A stretch of DNA of 64,000 nt from Octopus sinensis (GCF_006345805.1 NC_043000.1:105524001-105588000), one strand, 5' to 3'. Shown: positions 1 to 16,251, counted from the first letter of the stretch. Notes: a model not told the origin generated them from the sequence alone. Numbers and translations are program-made.

Positions 1-32
1 AAAAGCCGCACTAACCTTGTCAATGCATATCG

Positions 33-206
33 GTTTGAAATTTTGGCACAAGGCCAGTAATTGCGAGGAGTGGAGTAAGTCGGTTACATCAACTCTAGTG
101 CACAACTGGTACTTATTTTATCGAACCCGAAAGGATTAAAGGCTATGTCCACCTCGCCGATATTTGAACTCGGAAAGTAAAGTCGGAAGAAATACTGCTA
201 AGCCGG
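33..206 (-). mobile_element. tRNA-derived SINE, family A (core GCCTTTCATCCTTTCGGGGTCGATAAAATAAGTACCAG), diverged copy
   Basis: Reverse complement shows B-box-like GAGTTCAAAT, the conserved core and a GGCCTTGTGCCAAAATTTCAAA tail; many related copies occur across the window. Confidence 0.85.
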
Positions 207-474
207 TGACGATTCTGTCACCTTGCCACCTTACCTTGCCAATATGTATTGATACTTCTACATCGATGCAGGTATTTGATGAGAATGTACTTCCAAGATA
301 CTTAAAATTGCTCAGTGGTTCAACTCAGTCTCACTTTTATTTCAAACGATAAACACTCCGGATAACCCAAGATAGGTGGCTGCAGTACTTGTTTCTGCAG
401 TGTTGATAGTGAAGCCAAAGTTATTAGAAGTTTTTGAGAATTTATCAATACAAACTTTTAAGCTATACTCATCT

Positions 475-476
<2 letters not shown>

Positions 477-550
<74 letters not shown>
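477..550. repeat. (TG)n microsatellite
   Basis: Perfect TG run seen directly. Confidence 0.98.
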
Positions 551-552
<2 letters not shown>

Positions 553-814
553 GTTTAGTCCCTAGCTTGCTCTGATTGAGCAGAACTGTAACCAAAAGTC
601 TTGACCATCGTGTCTTTACCTATGTACAGAAATTCCAGAATCACATTATCCACGTGTCCTTTCTGAATACAGCACTGTGTGATTTAACACTCTTTAGATT
701 GCTATTTCTAGAATGATGAGCAATCACTAAAAACTCTCTTGGTGGTGCGTATATGTTACTGGTTTGGTCCGGAAAAAGCAGTTGTGTGTCGTGCCTACGG
801 CCTTCGCAGGCTGT

Positions 815-1800
815 TCAAGACAAATGAATCGATGCAGTTAACATTCCTTTTGAACGGCAACATTTCAATATCTGAAGGGAATATATGAGCAGGGGTGGAC
901 TTCTGTAAGGGCAACCAGGGTACGACGAACTGGTCGCAAGGGTTAGTACAGTGTCTGGAATCTTGACATGATATAGTCACAAACAAAAGAGGAGTTAGTT
1001 GGAAGTACCTGAGGAGAGATGACAGGAGATCAGCAAAAATGTTGGAGCAGAAGCCACTTTAGTCGTAGTGGAAAATGCAAAAAGAGGAGACAGCACGTCT
1101 AAAGGACATTGGTGTCTTGATGAATGACTTCGTATTAATCAGGCGATTAGCCTTTCTTTGGATGTCATTTTGGAATGTCTATGGATGTCTGTAGGATGTC
1201 TGTATGTTCACCCCAAACGTGGGAGCAGTCTTCTATTGTGGGTTTTCCTGAGCTTCTCAAAAGATTAATAGTTACTCAATGCCGAAGGATCTTTGGATTT
1301 TGAAGCAGAAGGCCAGTCGCCTTTATAATGCCATTTTTGCTATGTTGAGGAATTGTTTTCACCGAGATGATGAGGTCCAGCATTTGTAACGTGCTTGAGA
1401 TTTCTAGTTGTGTACCTTTGATGTTTAGATTACAGGAGGTTTGCGGTAATGGCATCTTGATATACGTAGTGATCGTGTATATTTGCAGTCAGAGAAGACA
1501 CGATTTGGCAAGACCTTATTGAAAGATGTTTACAAGATCTCTCTTCATGGAGTCAATGCAGATATGGTGTGAGATGTGGAAGTATAGCGGTGACATGTGG
1601 ATGATGCTTGAATACAGAATGTTAAGGAAGAATGAAGAGCGGTATCATCTGCTATAAGTGGACACTTTTCACAGTGGAGTGAATAGATCGCTGCTATTAC
1701 AGAAGGAGAGGAAGAGATCGAAATTTAGAGCACACCAATGTGCTTAGAGTGTGAGTCAAAGAGGGCACCACCAACATGCGCTGCAATAGTGCAATCTGAT
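815..1800 (-). mobile_element. CR1/L2-superfamily LINE remnant (RT core to C-terminus), heavily degraded
   Basis: Minus-strand translation gives IADDT (YADD-like) near 1645, EDCSHVWG (EYCSHVWG-like) near 1215, and PAHIFPSDIEMLPFKRNVN at the C-terminus; many stops and frameshifts. Confidence 0.75.
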
Positions 1801-4800
1801 TAGAAGCCATCGATCCTAAACACGAGAAAGATATGAAAGCCATCAACGAGATGTTTTGACAAGATGAAAGCCATCAACGAGATTCACGAAATAGACACAT
1901 ACGAGAGCCTTGTTTATATCAAGAACAACAACACTGCCTTCACCAAATTTCACGAATGCAAGAACTCACTAGGGAATGACACGGGAGAGCTGGTTTACTG
2001 ACTTGTGTATATGCATATATTTACATGTATGAATCTACACATATGTACAAATACATATGCATGTATTTTAAATGTTTATTTTACAATAAATATGTGTGTG
2101 TGAGTATATTTTTACATGAGAGTGCTTACATTGATATATAAAATAAACTAAAACCGTATTGCATATACTCAAAGGCACACATAGACGCACATACAAATAC
2201 GTACGCACATACATAGACAGGTACACGTATCTATACATACATACACACATGCATATGCATAACGCCTATCATTAATTCATCAACCTCAACAACATGCAAT
2301 AGTGTTACTAAGGTGACAACTAGCAAACGAGAAGCATTAAGTTAATTTAAAATATAATATCGGTGGAAATGTTGTCATGGTGATAACAAGCGTTTATGTT
2401 ATCAATTTGTGTGACATAGACAAATGATCCAATGTAGTCTGGTTTATCTATTGGATATATCCTATATCCTATAGCATAGCATCCTCTGTTGGCCAGAGAT
2501 AGGAGCATGAAACATATACAGAAATATGAGGTCTTTAATGCTAGGGGTTATCATCATTCTGACGTAGCTTGCTGACGGTGATACTATACTAGCCAATCAA
2601 AAATATAAAAGTGACTTTGGTACTTTGGTACAAGGCCACAGTTTTCAAACAGGGCAGAATTGGTTATAGGTGACAAATTGTCTGATGCACTACGGTGTCA
2701 GCACAGGGTTATTTGCATTCTGTGTTCAAATCCTGCAGAGACAAACTTTACTTTTCGTTATTTCGGGGCTGATGTTATAAAATACAAGTCTAGGGTGGTA
2801 GATTGATGGAGTCGTTAACGTAACGAATTAGATGCCACGCGGTATTTGTTTCGGTTCTTTGTAGTCTGAGTTCAAATTCTACCGTGACCTACTAACTACC
2901 CTTGGCAGGGATTGGAAATTAATCTTGTACATTATCTGTAGTAGGCATGAATAGTATAAAATCTATCCATAGTTTTCATTTTACTGGAAGTTGGCGATTC
3001 CTGATGATACTTGGCTACTGTAACTTATTTTATCGACCACGGAAGAATATGAAAGCAAAATAGTCCTTACAGTATTCGAACTTAGAAAGTAAAGGGACAT
3101 AACAAAATACTGCAAGACATTTGGTTCACCCGCTCTAACGATTGACCCATCCACTGCACTAAACCTAAATATAATGGTACGAACCAATCAGACAATGAGG
3201 GCGCTTCTAGTAAGTCGCTCAACTCACTAGAAATGGCAGCCAAATCGCACTCAAAATCTCAACGTAGCCGTCTTAAGAATATGGATAGACTGAATAATGT
3301 AATCCTCAATATGACAAAAGAAAAAGCCATGAGTGGAACATCTATGGTAGTTAACTTGCTCGATAAGAGCTGATAAGGAGAGGTCACCAACAGTATCTAC
3401 ACCACTGGCTTTTCTTCTTTGTCTGAACAATAAGCAATACACTCATGGTCAACAAGAATTGGAGCCATCCCAATAGTGAAGTGAACCAACAGAACCTGAC
3501 TATCAAAATAAATGTTATATGTTGGTTGCCTGCATAGATTGTGTCATATATGCCTTAGCCACAGGACTGTCTTCTGCTGTTTGACCCGTAACTAGGGCTC
3601 TTGACAAGTACCACCGCCCCGAGCCCAGAACGGGCCTGGAAGCAGTGAAGGCTAAGGACTAATTTCATACTTCACAAACTCCTGAATCCCCGAGCTACGG
3701 CCTCAACACTGAATGCAATTTAAGCCATGTCTAGGACAAATTTGCACTAAATGGCATCCTTTTACAGAAAAAAATTACAATATAGTCTGCTTATATACGT
3801 TTTACGTAAAGTGTCCTAGTATATCAACATACAGAATAGTTCTTGATATACGGCAGCAAAAATCTATTTTCTTAGAAATAAATATTTGTGCCACACAAAC
3901 GATACTGAATGCATTGTTTCTGTAGCATTCTAGACTGTCGGACTTAACACAGGATGCTCACAACACATGGTTTAGCATCAGAAATTATTATCAAAACTTC
4001 CAGACCTAAACGTGAAAGGAAACATTTTTAACTGAATCAGAAATTTAGTTGAAGAAAGTCAAAGTTTACGTTACAGAGAAATAGTAAGTGGGCTTGAGTG
4101 GAGTGAAAAAGTTGGTCTTTTTTGGCGCACTTCGTTGGGCCTCTTTTCGTTTGCCGTTTTCATAAATAAAATACGATCGTTGTTGAAAGTATAAATGCAA
4201 GATTTATTTACTGACGAAAGAGCGATATTCAAGACTGTGTAGCATAATGTGATTACTGAGCTGTTGTAAGAGAATCTAATCTAATTCAATTCACGGTTTG
4301 ATCGATGACACTTAACCTTTTAATGTGCAAAACCGTACGTACTTCAAATAACCGAACCTATCTTAGTAAAATAACTATTTCCTCCACCTTGTTGCAGAAG
4401 AGAAGGCGTTTGGCAGAATCATTTATATGTCTTCAACAATATTACGTTTGTTATTTAATTCGCTAACACCAATTTTGAGTCCACGCCATTCTGGAGCACT
4501 ACCTCAGGCAATATACTTTCAATTCAATTCCATGGAATATTTATTACCATTTACAATAAATGTCTTTGAATTTGTTTAGTGCTTACATTTTTTATATGCG
4601 CGTGTTGTTGTAGTTGTTGTTGTTGTTGGTGGTGGTGGTGACAGTGTTGTTGTCGTTTAGCTCTCGAGATCAGCTCTGACCAAGACATTCAAAAATCAAA
4701 TGCATATTTCTTTTTTAAATGTATTTATATCAACAAAGGCACGAACAAAACGTTACTTTGAATAAATGCATACATAAAATCATATGCAGTATGTTAAATG

Positions 4801-4927
4801 TCGTGGAGCTTAGGTGTTTTTGCTCAATAAACACTCACAATGCCCGGTTTGGGAATCGAAACCGCGTTCTTACAACCGCGAGTCCGCTGCCCTAACCACT
4901 GGGCCACTGGGCCATTGCGCCTCCACT
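4801..4927 (-). mobile_element. tRNA-derived SINE head (5' fragment)
   Basis: Reverse complement reads GGAGGCGCAATGGCCCAGTGG...TTAGGGCAGCGGACTCGCGG...GGTTTCGATTCCC (A and B boxes), then a non-tRNA body GTGAGTGTTTATTGAGC; contains a small CCCAGTGG duplication. Confidence 0.8.
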
Positions 4928-5693
4928 GTGGTTGTTGTTGTTTGGTTGAGGTTAAACGACAACACTGACAACGATGACGACGCCTACGACAACGTCGACG
5001 ACGAAAACGATCATTGATTTTAAATTAGATATGTTACATGACACAAAACTGGAATTAGTTGCCAAGTGAAGGTGCCAAAGCAAAGACAGGCATTTGAAGC
5101 ACAATACATTTGGAATATTTTAATACAAAATAATGTCCGTGCCAATGAGGTTAACTTCTACACAATCAATCAACCTTTCGGGATTAGAAATAGCAGCAAA
5201 ATTTCTCTCAGATGACACTATTTTGTTTTTGTGTTTATTTTTCTAATAAACTAGCTAGTCGAAAAGATAGGATGATCGAAGCTGGAACAGTTTAATCTGT
5301 GGCTAACCAACTACTACAATGGCTCATTACAAACGAGATGGCATTTACAAGTTATGGTTTCAGCCGTTTTATAACAATGATCCACTAAAGAGTTAGCTGC
5401 CAGCATCTTACTTTGTTTTTATTGCATAAAGTGTGTACTAAGAGAAAGACGGGTCGGAGTGTATTCATGGATAATTCTGGGTGGTGAGATTGATGCGGTT
5501 ACTATTCATTTTCAAAAACTGAATGTTGATGTCAGCAGGTAAAATGTAGGTGAGGAGTGGGAATTCCAAACCGTTTCAGTTCAGGGAAGGGATAGACGGG
5601 TCGAAGTGTTTGTGATGGGATCTGAGAGGTGAGGCACGATAAGTGTCGTGGGAAGAGGAGAAATGAATGCTTTGGGATAAAGGGAGTATGTAG

Positions 5694-5908
5694 CGGTGAG
5701 CCGGCTGAATCGTTAGCGCACCGGAAATAATGCTTAGCGGTATTTCATCCGTCTTTGAGTTCTGAGTTCAAATGTCACTGCAGTCGACTTTGCCTTTCAT
5801 CCTTTCGGTTCCGATGAAATAAGTACCAGTTGAGCACTGGGATCAATGTAATCGACTAACCCTCTCCTCTAAAATTTCAGGCCTTTTGCCTGTTATACAA
5901 AGGAATAT
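5694..5908 (+). mobile_element. SINE family A, near full length, with AAAATTTCAGGCCTT...AAAGGA tail
   Basis: Head GGCTGAATCGTTAGC, B-box GAGTTCAAAT, core GCCTTTCATCCTTTCGG...AAGTACCAG, common tail. Confidence 0.9.
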
Positions 5909-6249
5909 AAATAGCAGAGAGATAACACATCCTACCCAATAGCCATGTTGATGGTATTGTTAACTGAGAAGGTGATTCTTCGCGTAAATAAAGATGGCAA
6001 AGAAGAGATAGCAGAGAGCGCGGCTGTTGTTGAATCATAAGGACTTAACGTTTTTCTGGGGTTTTTTCTTTTGATTTTCTTTTTTTTTTTAATTCAGAAT
6101 AGTCAGTTCCGGTGGTAATGGGATAACAACAGTTGGAGCGTTTGGGGGTTTCAGTTTTCCATATTCTTGTTTCAATTCATGTCATTTTAGAGATTGATTT
6201 TAGCTAAGCTCTCTTTTTTTCTTTTTTTTTCTTTTTTCTTTTTTTTTTT

Positions 6250-7900
6250 TTTTGTTTTCTTTAACAGCAGAAAGGCTATCTTCGTGGTATTTTCCTGGTG
6301 GTTACTGCAATGAAGAATATTTGAGAAAATATCACATCTTTCATTTTAACTACATGTCTTAACCATCGATTTAACTACATGTCTTAACCATTGATTCTAT
6401 GCTTCGACATACATGTCTTAACCATCGTAGCCAGTGTTGATTCTATGCTTCAGCCTCATGGTAGATTTTATACTTCGGCAGTTGGCTTTTTCTAGTACAT
6501 CATTGCTGATTAAGTAGTCCTCCCTTTCGATATTTAAGTCGACACTGAGTTTTTGTTGATGGAAAATGTTCCAACGTTCTGATGTCCGGACGATAAAGTG
6601 TCCAAGTTTCACAACTGTAAAACGTTGAAATGACGACTGCTTGACAAACTATCAATTTCATTTTGTAGGTTAGATGATTATTCTAAAATACCCATTTTGC
6701 TAGTTTTCCAAATGCTGTTTGAAATCCTTTTGCAACGTACATTTGTTTGAAAGTTTTAAAAGAGCTATCAGAGATGGTGATTTTGAAACCATTGAGGTTG
6801 GTCTTCAGATCAGGTTGTGCGGGAATTTTAGTCTTCTTGATATTCACTACGAGACCGAAATTATCATTTTCATACGCACTAGCACAAGTATAAAAACATG
6901 GTGGCATGAATGCAACTCTGCTTCAATCAAAATGTAATCGGAAATTGTTCAGAAAGTTTGTTTTGATTAAAAATACGACCTGATATACCTTCGCTCAATG
7001 CTTAGACCAGTCTGGTGAAATGGTTTTGCCAACATAAACGGTGAAAAGTTATCCACGTGATTTCTCTTGATATGCTTATCAAAAGTCTTATTCCGGTCGT
7101 AGAAGACAAAAGAAGAATGGTTGTTCTTTGCTTTTCTTGCACTTCTTGCGCGAAAATCATGTCGATTGTGTCACCAAAGGCTCGAAAACCGCTTTAAGTT
7201 TTGAGAACAACCTTCTCCGCAATGAAATGGAATGGTTTAGAAGGGTTTATGGAAATACCTTCCCAATAAGAGATAGCAATAATTTTTTTAAATAATTCTC
7301 ACGCAATTTTCTAATTTTTTCCTTGAAGGGGATGATAATAAATTCATTTGAGACATGATAGTTTTCTCATATTTTCAGGATAAGGATGAAAAACCTGGGT
7401 TTGGGAGGTATTCTTTGTGAGAGATTTCACTAATTCAAGAAGGACGTCGTCCGATTTTGAGAATTTTCGTAGTTTCATTCTGTTCATGGTACTTTCAGAG
7501 TCTCAAAATGTTGGTTAAACATTTATCCATAGTTTTTCTAGATGATATGGGATATTTCTCAAGAAATTTTCTGCTGTTATCGAATTTCAATTCCAAGGTG
7601 AAGCAAAATGTTCCTTCCAGTATTCGGAAAATAACTTGTGGATTTGTCAGGATGCTGGAGTTGCCTATAGCTAAAAGGTTGCCTGTTGATGTTCATATTG
7701 GGCCAAACAATTGCTTTATTCCAGTAAAGGAATTCTTAAGAGCACAGGCACCTGCATAATTTTGAAGCTTTATTGCTTTTTGTTGCCACCAGTTGTTTTG
7801 TGGTGTGTTTCTCTAAATTTAGTCTGAAGTTGATGCATAAATATTTGATAGTGAGTCTTTTAACATGTGAACTTATGATGTGTTCGTGTGACATCCGAAC
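6250..7900 (-). mobile_element. RTE-clade LINE ORF2 remnant (linker, RT and C-terminal region)
   Basis: Fragments NFGLVVNIKKTK, FQTAFGKLAKWVF, ERWNIFHQQKL and SNDVLEKANCRSI match the RTE RT C-terminal pattern (FGLTINxKKT, SAFGRL, LERFHQRxLR, SNxEVLxRA); frameshifted. Confidence 0.85.
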
Positions 7901-7952
7901 CTTTCGATTTTCATCGATCAGCTAGTTAATTTCATGATTCAAATGTATGTGC

Positions 7953-7990
<38 letters not shown>

Positions 7991-8607
7991 AAGGATTACT
8001 TCTAGGTCGCTCCTAATTTTAGTTGGTAATTTAATTTCGTATTCAATAAGATTCTTATCTTTATAAATTGAAATTTTAAAACAGCAAATAGCCTAAATTA
8101 AAATAAAAAATAAATATTGTGCTATCCTAAAAATAGTCTAAACCGCTCTTTGCAGCCCAATCTACCAACCCTGGTTTATAATGTTCCATTGTGGTTCTTA
8201 TCAGTAGTTATAGATACTTATCTATAACTACTATCGAGATTCAAATAGAATATTTTTCTACTTTAATTATAAGATATATAATTTCGGTCTGGTGAGTTTC
8301 ACATTGAGTAAGTGAAATGATAACACAGTATGGTTTGAAATATTTATCTTACGTTATTTTATGTTCTGTGTTCAAATCCAATCACAGTCGACTTACCTCT
8401 TTTCACTCTTCTAGGATTGATAAAATAAGCAGTGTTGGGATTCCTGGTTTCATTTAATCAACTATTCTTTTCCCACCAAAATATGAAGCGTGGCTGTATC
8501 TATGCACGTATTATGGAAATTTTCGTTATGATACAGCATTGGAAATGAAGAAAAATAAAATTCTGATTACTAAGTTGAATTATTTTAAACGTTCTTAAGT
8601 TATCTCC

Positions 8608-9030
8608 TACTCACATACACACAGACAGACATATGCATGCATGCACATATACACATGGAGACATACCAACACAAACACATGTAAGGAAACCCACATACCT
8701 ATATACATATAAGCATATACACACAAGCACACATATGCATGCACACGCACATAGAGACACATGCACACACACATATATAAATACATACACTTATTTACAT
8801 ACACATATGTACATACACACATATTTACATATATGTGCCACACACACACATACATGCATACGTATGCGTACATGCCTCGATTCCTATGCAAACAAGTTTA
8901 TGCACATACACACATTCACACACAGGTGCAGACTTATGCAGACGCATACATAGATACACACATGCATATACATACACACCTACATGTTCATGCACATACG
9001 CATATACACATGAACACACCACACACACAC
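8608..9030. repeat. Degenerate CA/CATA-rich low-complexity tract
   Basis: Imperfect ACAC/ATAC repeats; explains the overlapping H/T/Y- and C/V/M-rich ORFs. Confidence 0.9.
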
Positions 9031-9384
9031 GACATTTTATTGGGATTCCCTACAGTAAAATATCAATTCAAAACGAGAGAAGGAAGCCTCTATGTGCACA
9101 ATGGTTAGTTTCCTGGGGGCCTCACGGGTCAAGGGACCTGATTCTGATCAATATTTGTTGAGGCTTGCGATCAGTAATGCGGCTTATAATGCTGCTAAGA
9201 CAGCCTTGCCGGTATACTCACTCGACGTGTTAAGAATAGCAACCAAATCTCTCCCCACAAATCATTCCTTAACGTCTTTGAAAATCAACACACTGGATAA
9301 TGTAGTCTCTAGCACATAAATAAGTCAGGATGGCCATGGTTTGATCGCTGTTTGATCATAGATCGACTCATCAGGATTGATCAA

Positions 9385-9585
9385 GGTCACGCAATAATTA
9401 TTCCCTTCCAATTTTGGCACACGGCCAGCAATTTTCTGGAGAGGTACATAATTTATCGACCCCGAAAGGATAAAAGGTAAAGTCGACCTCGTCGGCATTT
9501 GAACACACCGTAAAAGAACCGGAAGAAAAATAACACTAAGCATTTTGTCCGGCACTGTAACGATTCTACCAGTTAGCCGCCTTTG
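9385..9585 (-). mobile_element. SINE family A copy
   Basis: Reverse complement of the core (TTTATCGACCCCGAAAGGATAAAAGGTAAAGTCGAC) and head (GATTCTACCAGTTAGCCGCC). Confidence 0.85.
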
Positions 9586-10099
9586 GTGCTAAACAATAAT
9601 ACCAAGATCAATTCAAAAAAGAGAGATTTGTAATATTTGAGAAAATTTGCCGTCCACTGTAGAATCGGAAAAGTCAGTTTCAGTTCTGGTATTAATCGAC
9701 TTTAGAACCGAAAAAATATGCACATTCATGAGAAAATCCCACCTGCACCAATTTCTAGTATTTCATAATCTCCTCCACTTAAGAAGTAAAGAATGAAAAC
9801 AGAAGAAAATCAATAGCTGAATGCATTGCTTTAAACTGAAGCATGTGTTCTTGGACAATGATCACGGAAAAAACCAGATGTTTGAAAGAAGTAGACAGAA
9901 ATAGACACAATCCAGGGAACACCTAGCAAATGATACAGTTCCACCAACGCCACAACACCAACGCCAGCAGCAGCATCGCCAGTACCAGCACTCCTTGGAA
10001 TATTATCAACATAGTTACCACCTCTGCAGCCACTACGAGGTTTATTTTATACAAGGTCAACATGCTTCCAGATTTCGAGACTAAATATTCTCTCCCCCA

Positions 10100-12665
<2,566 letters not shown>

Positions 12666-13189
12666 AGTACAATATATTTACAAGTTGTAATAACTGAGGA
12701 CAAACAAATTATGGCTTGATTGTGGCATCGCAACAGCGTACATCCGGTTTCGATTCCAATGCGTAGCACTTTGGTCGCTGTCTTTTACTATAACCTTCGC
12801 ATGGATAGTGTATTTTTGGTAGTAGGAAAATGTGTAGAAGCCCGTTTGAATGATTGCGTTCCTGATTTGGGGAAATAGTAAACTTTCTCTGCTGCCTGGT
12901 TTAATGCAACCACCTGGTCCTTAAGCACCTTTAGTGTCTTCTATTATAGGTTCAGGCCGACCAATGCTTTCTGAATGAATTTAGTAGACGGAAGCTCCGT
13001 GGAAGATCGTCGTGTGTGGGGTGGGGAGGTGCATGCGTGTGGGTGCTTTTATTCTAATGATGCTGATTACAAAACTAATCATGTTTCATCCGAATTTCGA
13101 AATCATCAGAGTGCATACTAAATAATTTCGAAATACATGGGAAACATAACTAGTCTTGTGCTATCATATGAATAACCATTTTGCTACAC

Positions 13190-14400
13190 TCTACAATATG
13201 GAGTAATTTGCCTTAATTTATGGTTTTCTAAGGTTTTAAGAGGGTGTCTACCGGGGTGGTGCGTGTGCAGTTTGTTCGAATGGTACTGGAGTTGTGACCT
13301 ATCAATGCAGAGAAGTGGTGGCTGGATCTGGAGAGGCTCCATGATTTCCGAGCTACTCCAGAAATCCATTTCGGTGGCTTGCATTCGTCATTGCACTCTT
13401 TCAGTCATTACCCAGCATTCATGACCATAGGTGAGGATAGGCAGAAAACCGACCTGAAGGTAGCGAGTTTTTTACCAACTTCTCCTCTCCTGATGACCAA
13501 ATGCTTGAGTTGGCGCTTTATCTGCCAGCTCCAATTTTAACATCCAATTCAACTGTCTGCATCCGAACACTCGTGAATATTGCCCCAAGATACATTTCCA
13601 CTTGTCTCAGTGATGTCCCACTAATATGCAAAGTGCACTGGGAAGGCCGCAGTCTTCGCACCTCTAATTATCATCCCTATTTCGTAACATTCAGAGCATG
13701 CAGGAGATCATCTTCTGATGAGCCAAGTAGCATCATGTTGTCTGCAAATATCAGCCGAATGATCTTATACTCACTCGATTGTGATACCACTTCCTCAACG
13801 GCTACACATGTCAATCCAGTTCATAAAAATTATGAAAAGGAGAAGTGACAATATGCACCCCTGCCGAAGTCCAACACACAAGTCGAAAGGTTTCGACTTA
13901 GCACCATTTACTTGAACACAAACATCTCGGCATTCGTACAGAGGCTTCACAGCAACCAGAAGTTGCTCGTTAATCCAAATTCCTGCATGTCCCACGGCAT
14001 GCGGTCATATACCTTTACAAAGTCTATAACCATCCCATTCTTGGTTTACTCCTAGATCTATCATATGCCTTTACAAAGTCTACAAAGCAAGCGTACACCT
14101 CTTTGCAATATTCCCACGATTTGTCGACCTACCATAGAGTGAATAACTGAGTGGATATTCGCTGATCAAATACAAATACCAGCTTCATGCCTGGCACAAA
14201 TAAGATCACTAAAAACTACAGCATGAAAGGGGTTCAAAAGAACAACCGTATCGCATCGTCTGTCACGCGGATTACAAGGTAGGCGTTCGGATCTTAGGTA
14301 GAGGGGTCCGTTTGAAAAACATATTTTAGCCTCCACATACTGCCTGTACAACCATCAATAATCCTGCAACTTGTTCAGGGAGGCGTGGGGTGCAACTCAA
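13190..14400 (-). mobile_element. RTE-clade LINE reverse transcriptase remnant (second family)
   Basis: ORF 13795-13995 contains VQVNGAKSKPFDLCVGLRQGCILSLLLFIIFMNWID (RT motif GxRQGCxLSPLLF); ORF 13184-13384 contains QATEMDF and LLCIDRSQL (RTE C-terminal AEMRFLR / IERSQLRW pattern). Confidence 0.88.
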
Positions 14401-14559
14401 AGGATGCGTGTCCCAGAATCCCAAAGCGCTATGCGCTCTCTCTCTCTCTCTCTCTCTCATGTACACATTCCCGCAATCATAAAAAGTTTGGTTCTTATTT
14501 TGTCTATCTCATTTTGCCAACTTGTTTGGTATGTATTTGTGTGTGTGACTATACATACA

Positions 14560-14669
14560 TATATATATGTGTGTGTGTGTGTATGTGTATATATATAGAT
14601 ATAGATAGATAGATACATACATACATACATACATACATACATACATACATACATACATACATACATACA

Positions 14670-14701
<32 letters not shown>

Positions 14702-15180
14702 GATATTGATTGATTGATTGAGCGAGTGATTGACTCATACATACAGTGTGCGTGTGTGCCTGTCTGTCTGTCTGTGAATTGAGATAATGATAATGCATCA
14801 CGTTTGCCTGCACACTTACGCGCATTCGTGCACACATTGGAGACGGGACACGTAGACACATTCCCACGCCAGCCCACAGAGAGAGAGAGAGAGAGAGAGA
14901 GAAACAGAGAGGGTCATTCATTCTACACTGATCAATGATTCGAAAAAATGAAGAGTGTAACATGCGTATTTGTTATTACTACCAATATCATTATCACCAT
15001 TACCACCACTATCACCATTACTACCACCATCACCACAACAACAATCACCATCACTATCACTACCACCACCACCACCACCACCACCACCACCACCACGATA
15101 AGCACACACACACACACATACATACACACTAAAATCAGCAACACTACTATCACCACTACCCTTTCACAATCACGAAGTTC
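14560..15180. repeat. Microsatellites: (TG)n, (CATA)n, (GA)n and CAC/CAT trinucleotide tract
   Basis: Seen directly. Confidence 0.95.
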
Positions 15181-15673
15181 CGTTTATAATTTCTTCCAAT
15201 GAATGCACGATTGCGCTGTTGAGCTGGAGCGGCATCACCTTATAAGGGAAAATTCTGCTTTGCATTCACTTCCAGCTACCGATTCGTCCATTCATACAGT
15301 CGAAAATACAATAATTCCGGAGACTATCTGCAAGCACACGTGTGTCAATCAAATAACTTTCAGCTGTAACTCCATATATTGCACATTTCGATGTGTGTAG
15401 CACCTCTGCATCTCTGCATCACTACTACCACCATCACCACACCACTCTGTTTGTATTCATTCTTTAATTCAGTCCGCCAGTTGTTTATTCATTCATTCAT
15501 TCACTCATTCAATAACTCATTCATTTATTTAGTAATTCATCACTTCATGCGTACACATACACACACACACACATACTCTTACACGCAAGCATGCACACAC
15601 GTACACATACACACGCACGCAAGCAAGCAAGCGTATGTAAAATATTGTACATACACTTGTTGAGCATATGTCA

Positions 15674-15674
<1 letters not shown>

Positions 15675-15704
<30 letters not shown>

Positions 15705-15798
15705 TGTATGTATGTATGTACGTATGTATGTATGTATGTATGTACGTATGTACAAATATGTATATGTATACGCGCGCAAATATGTGCATACATGCAGC

Positions 15799-15889
<91 letters not shown>

Positions 15890-15892
15890 GCA

Positions 15893-15947
<55 letters not shown>

Positions 15948-16010
15948 AACGGACGGACGGACGGATGGATGGATGGATGGACGGATGGGCTGACAGATAG
16001 GTAGATACAT
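15675..16010. repeat. Compound tetranucleotide tract (TATG)-(TAGA)-(CAGA)-(CAGG)-(CGGA)-(TGGA)
   Basis: Seen directly. Confidence 0.95.
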
Positions 16011-16048
16011 ACATATACATATACATGCACACATATATAATCCTATAT

Positions 16049-16251
16049 GTACCGGAGTAAGTACATAAATGTGAAAAAACAAGGTGGAAAAAGAGTACTC
16101 AAATACCAGAGGTAGAGTAATATGCTTTATTTAAAAGCAGCAGAAATATAACAAAAGCTGTTAGTCAGAGTTTCGCGTTCCCGTTCGTCGTCCGTCGAAC
16201 GGGAACGTGAAACTGACTAACAGCTTTTGTTATATTTCTACTGCTTTTAAA
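16049..16251. mobile_element. Putative Penelope-like element terminal repeat ending in a ~58-bp-arm inverted repeat
   Basis: Inverted repeat 16130-16251 is seen directly. PLE assignment is inferred from (TA)-rich flanks, a hammerhead-like GACGA...GAAAC motif in the arms, and the known inverted pLTR architecture of PLEs. Confidence 0.55.

Noticed and set aside
3190-3660. Unique-looking segment with short minus-strand ORFs
   Set aside because: No convincing protein motif or exon boundaries; probably old TE debris that I cannot classify.
4850-4927. Possible tRNA gene (also heads at ~17650-17724 and 46765-46830)
   Set aside because: A and B boxes are present, but there is no complete cloverleaf or 3' acceptor strand, and each continues into a repeated SINE body.
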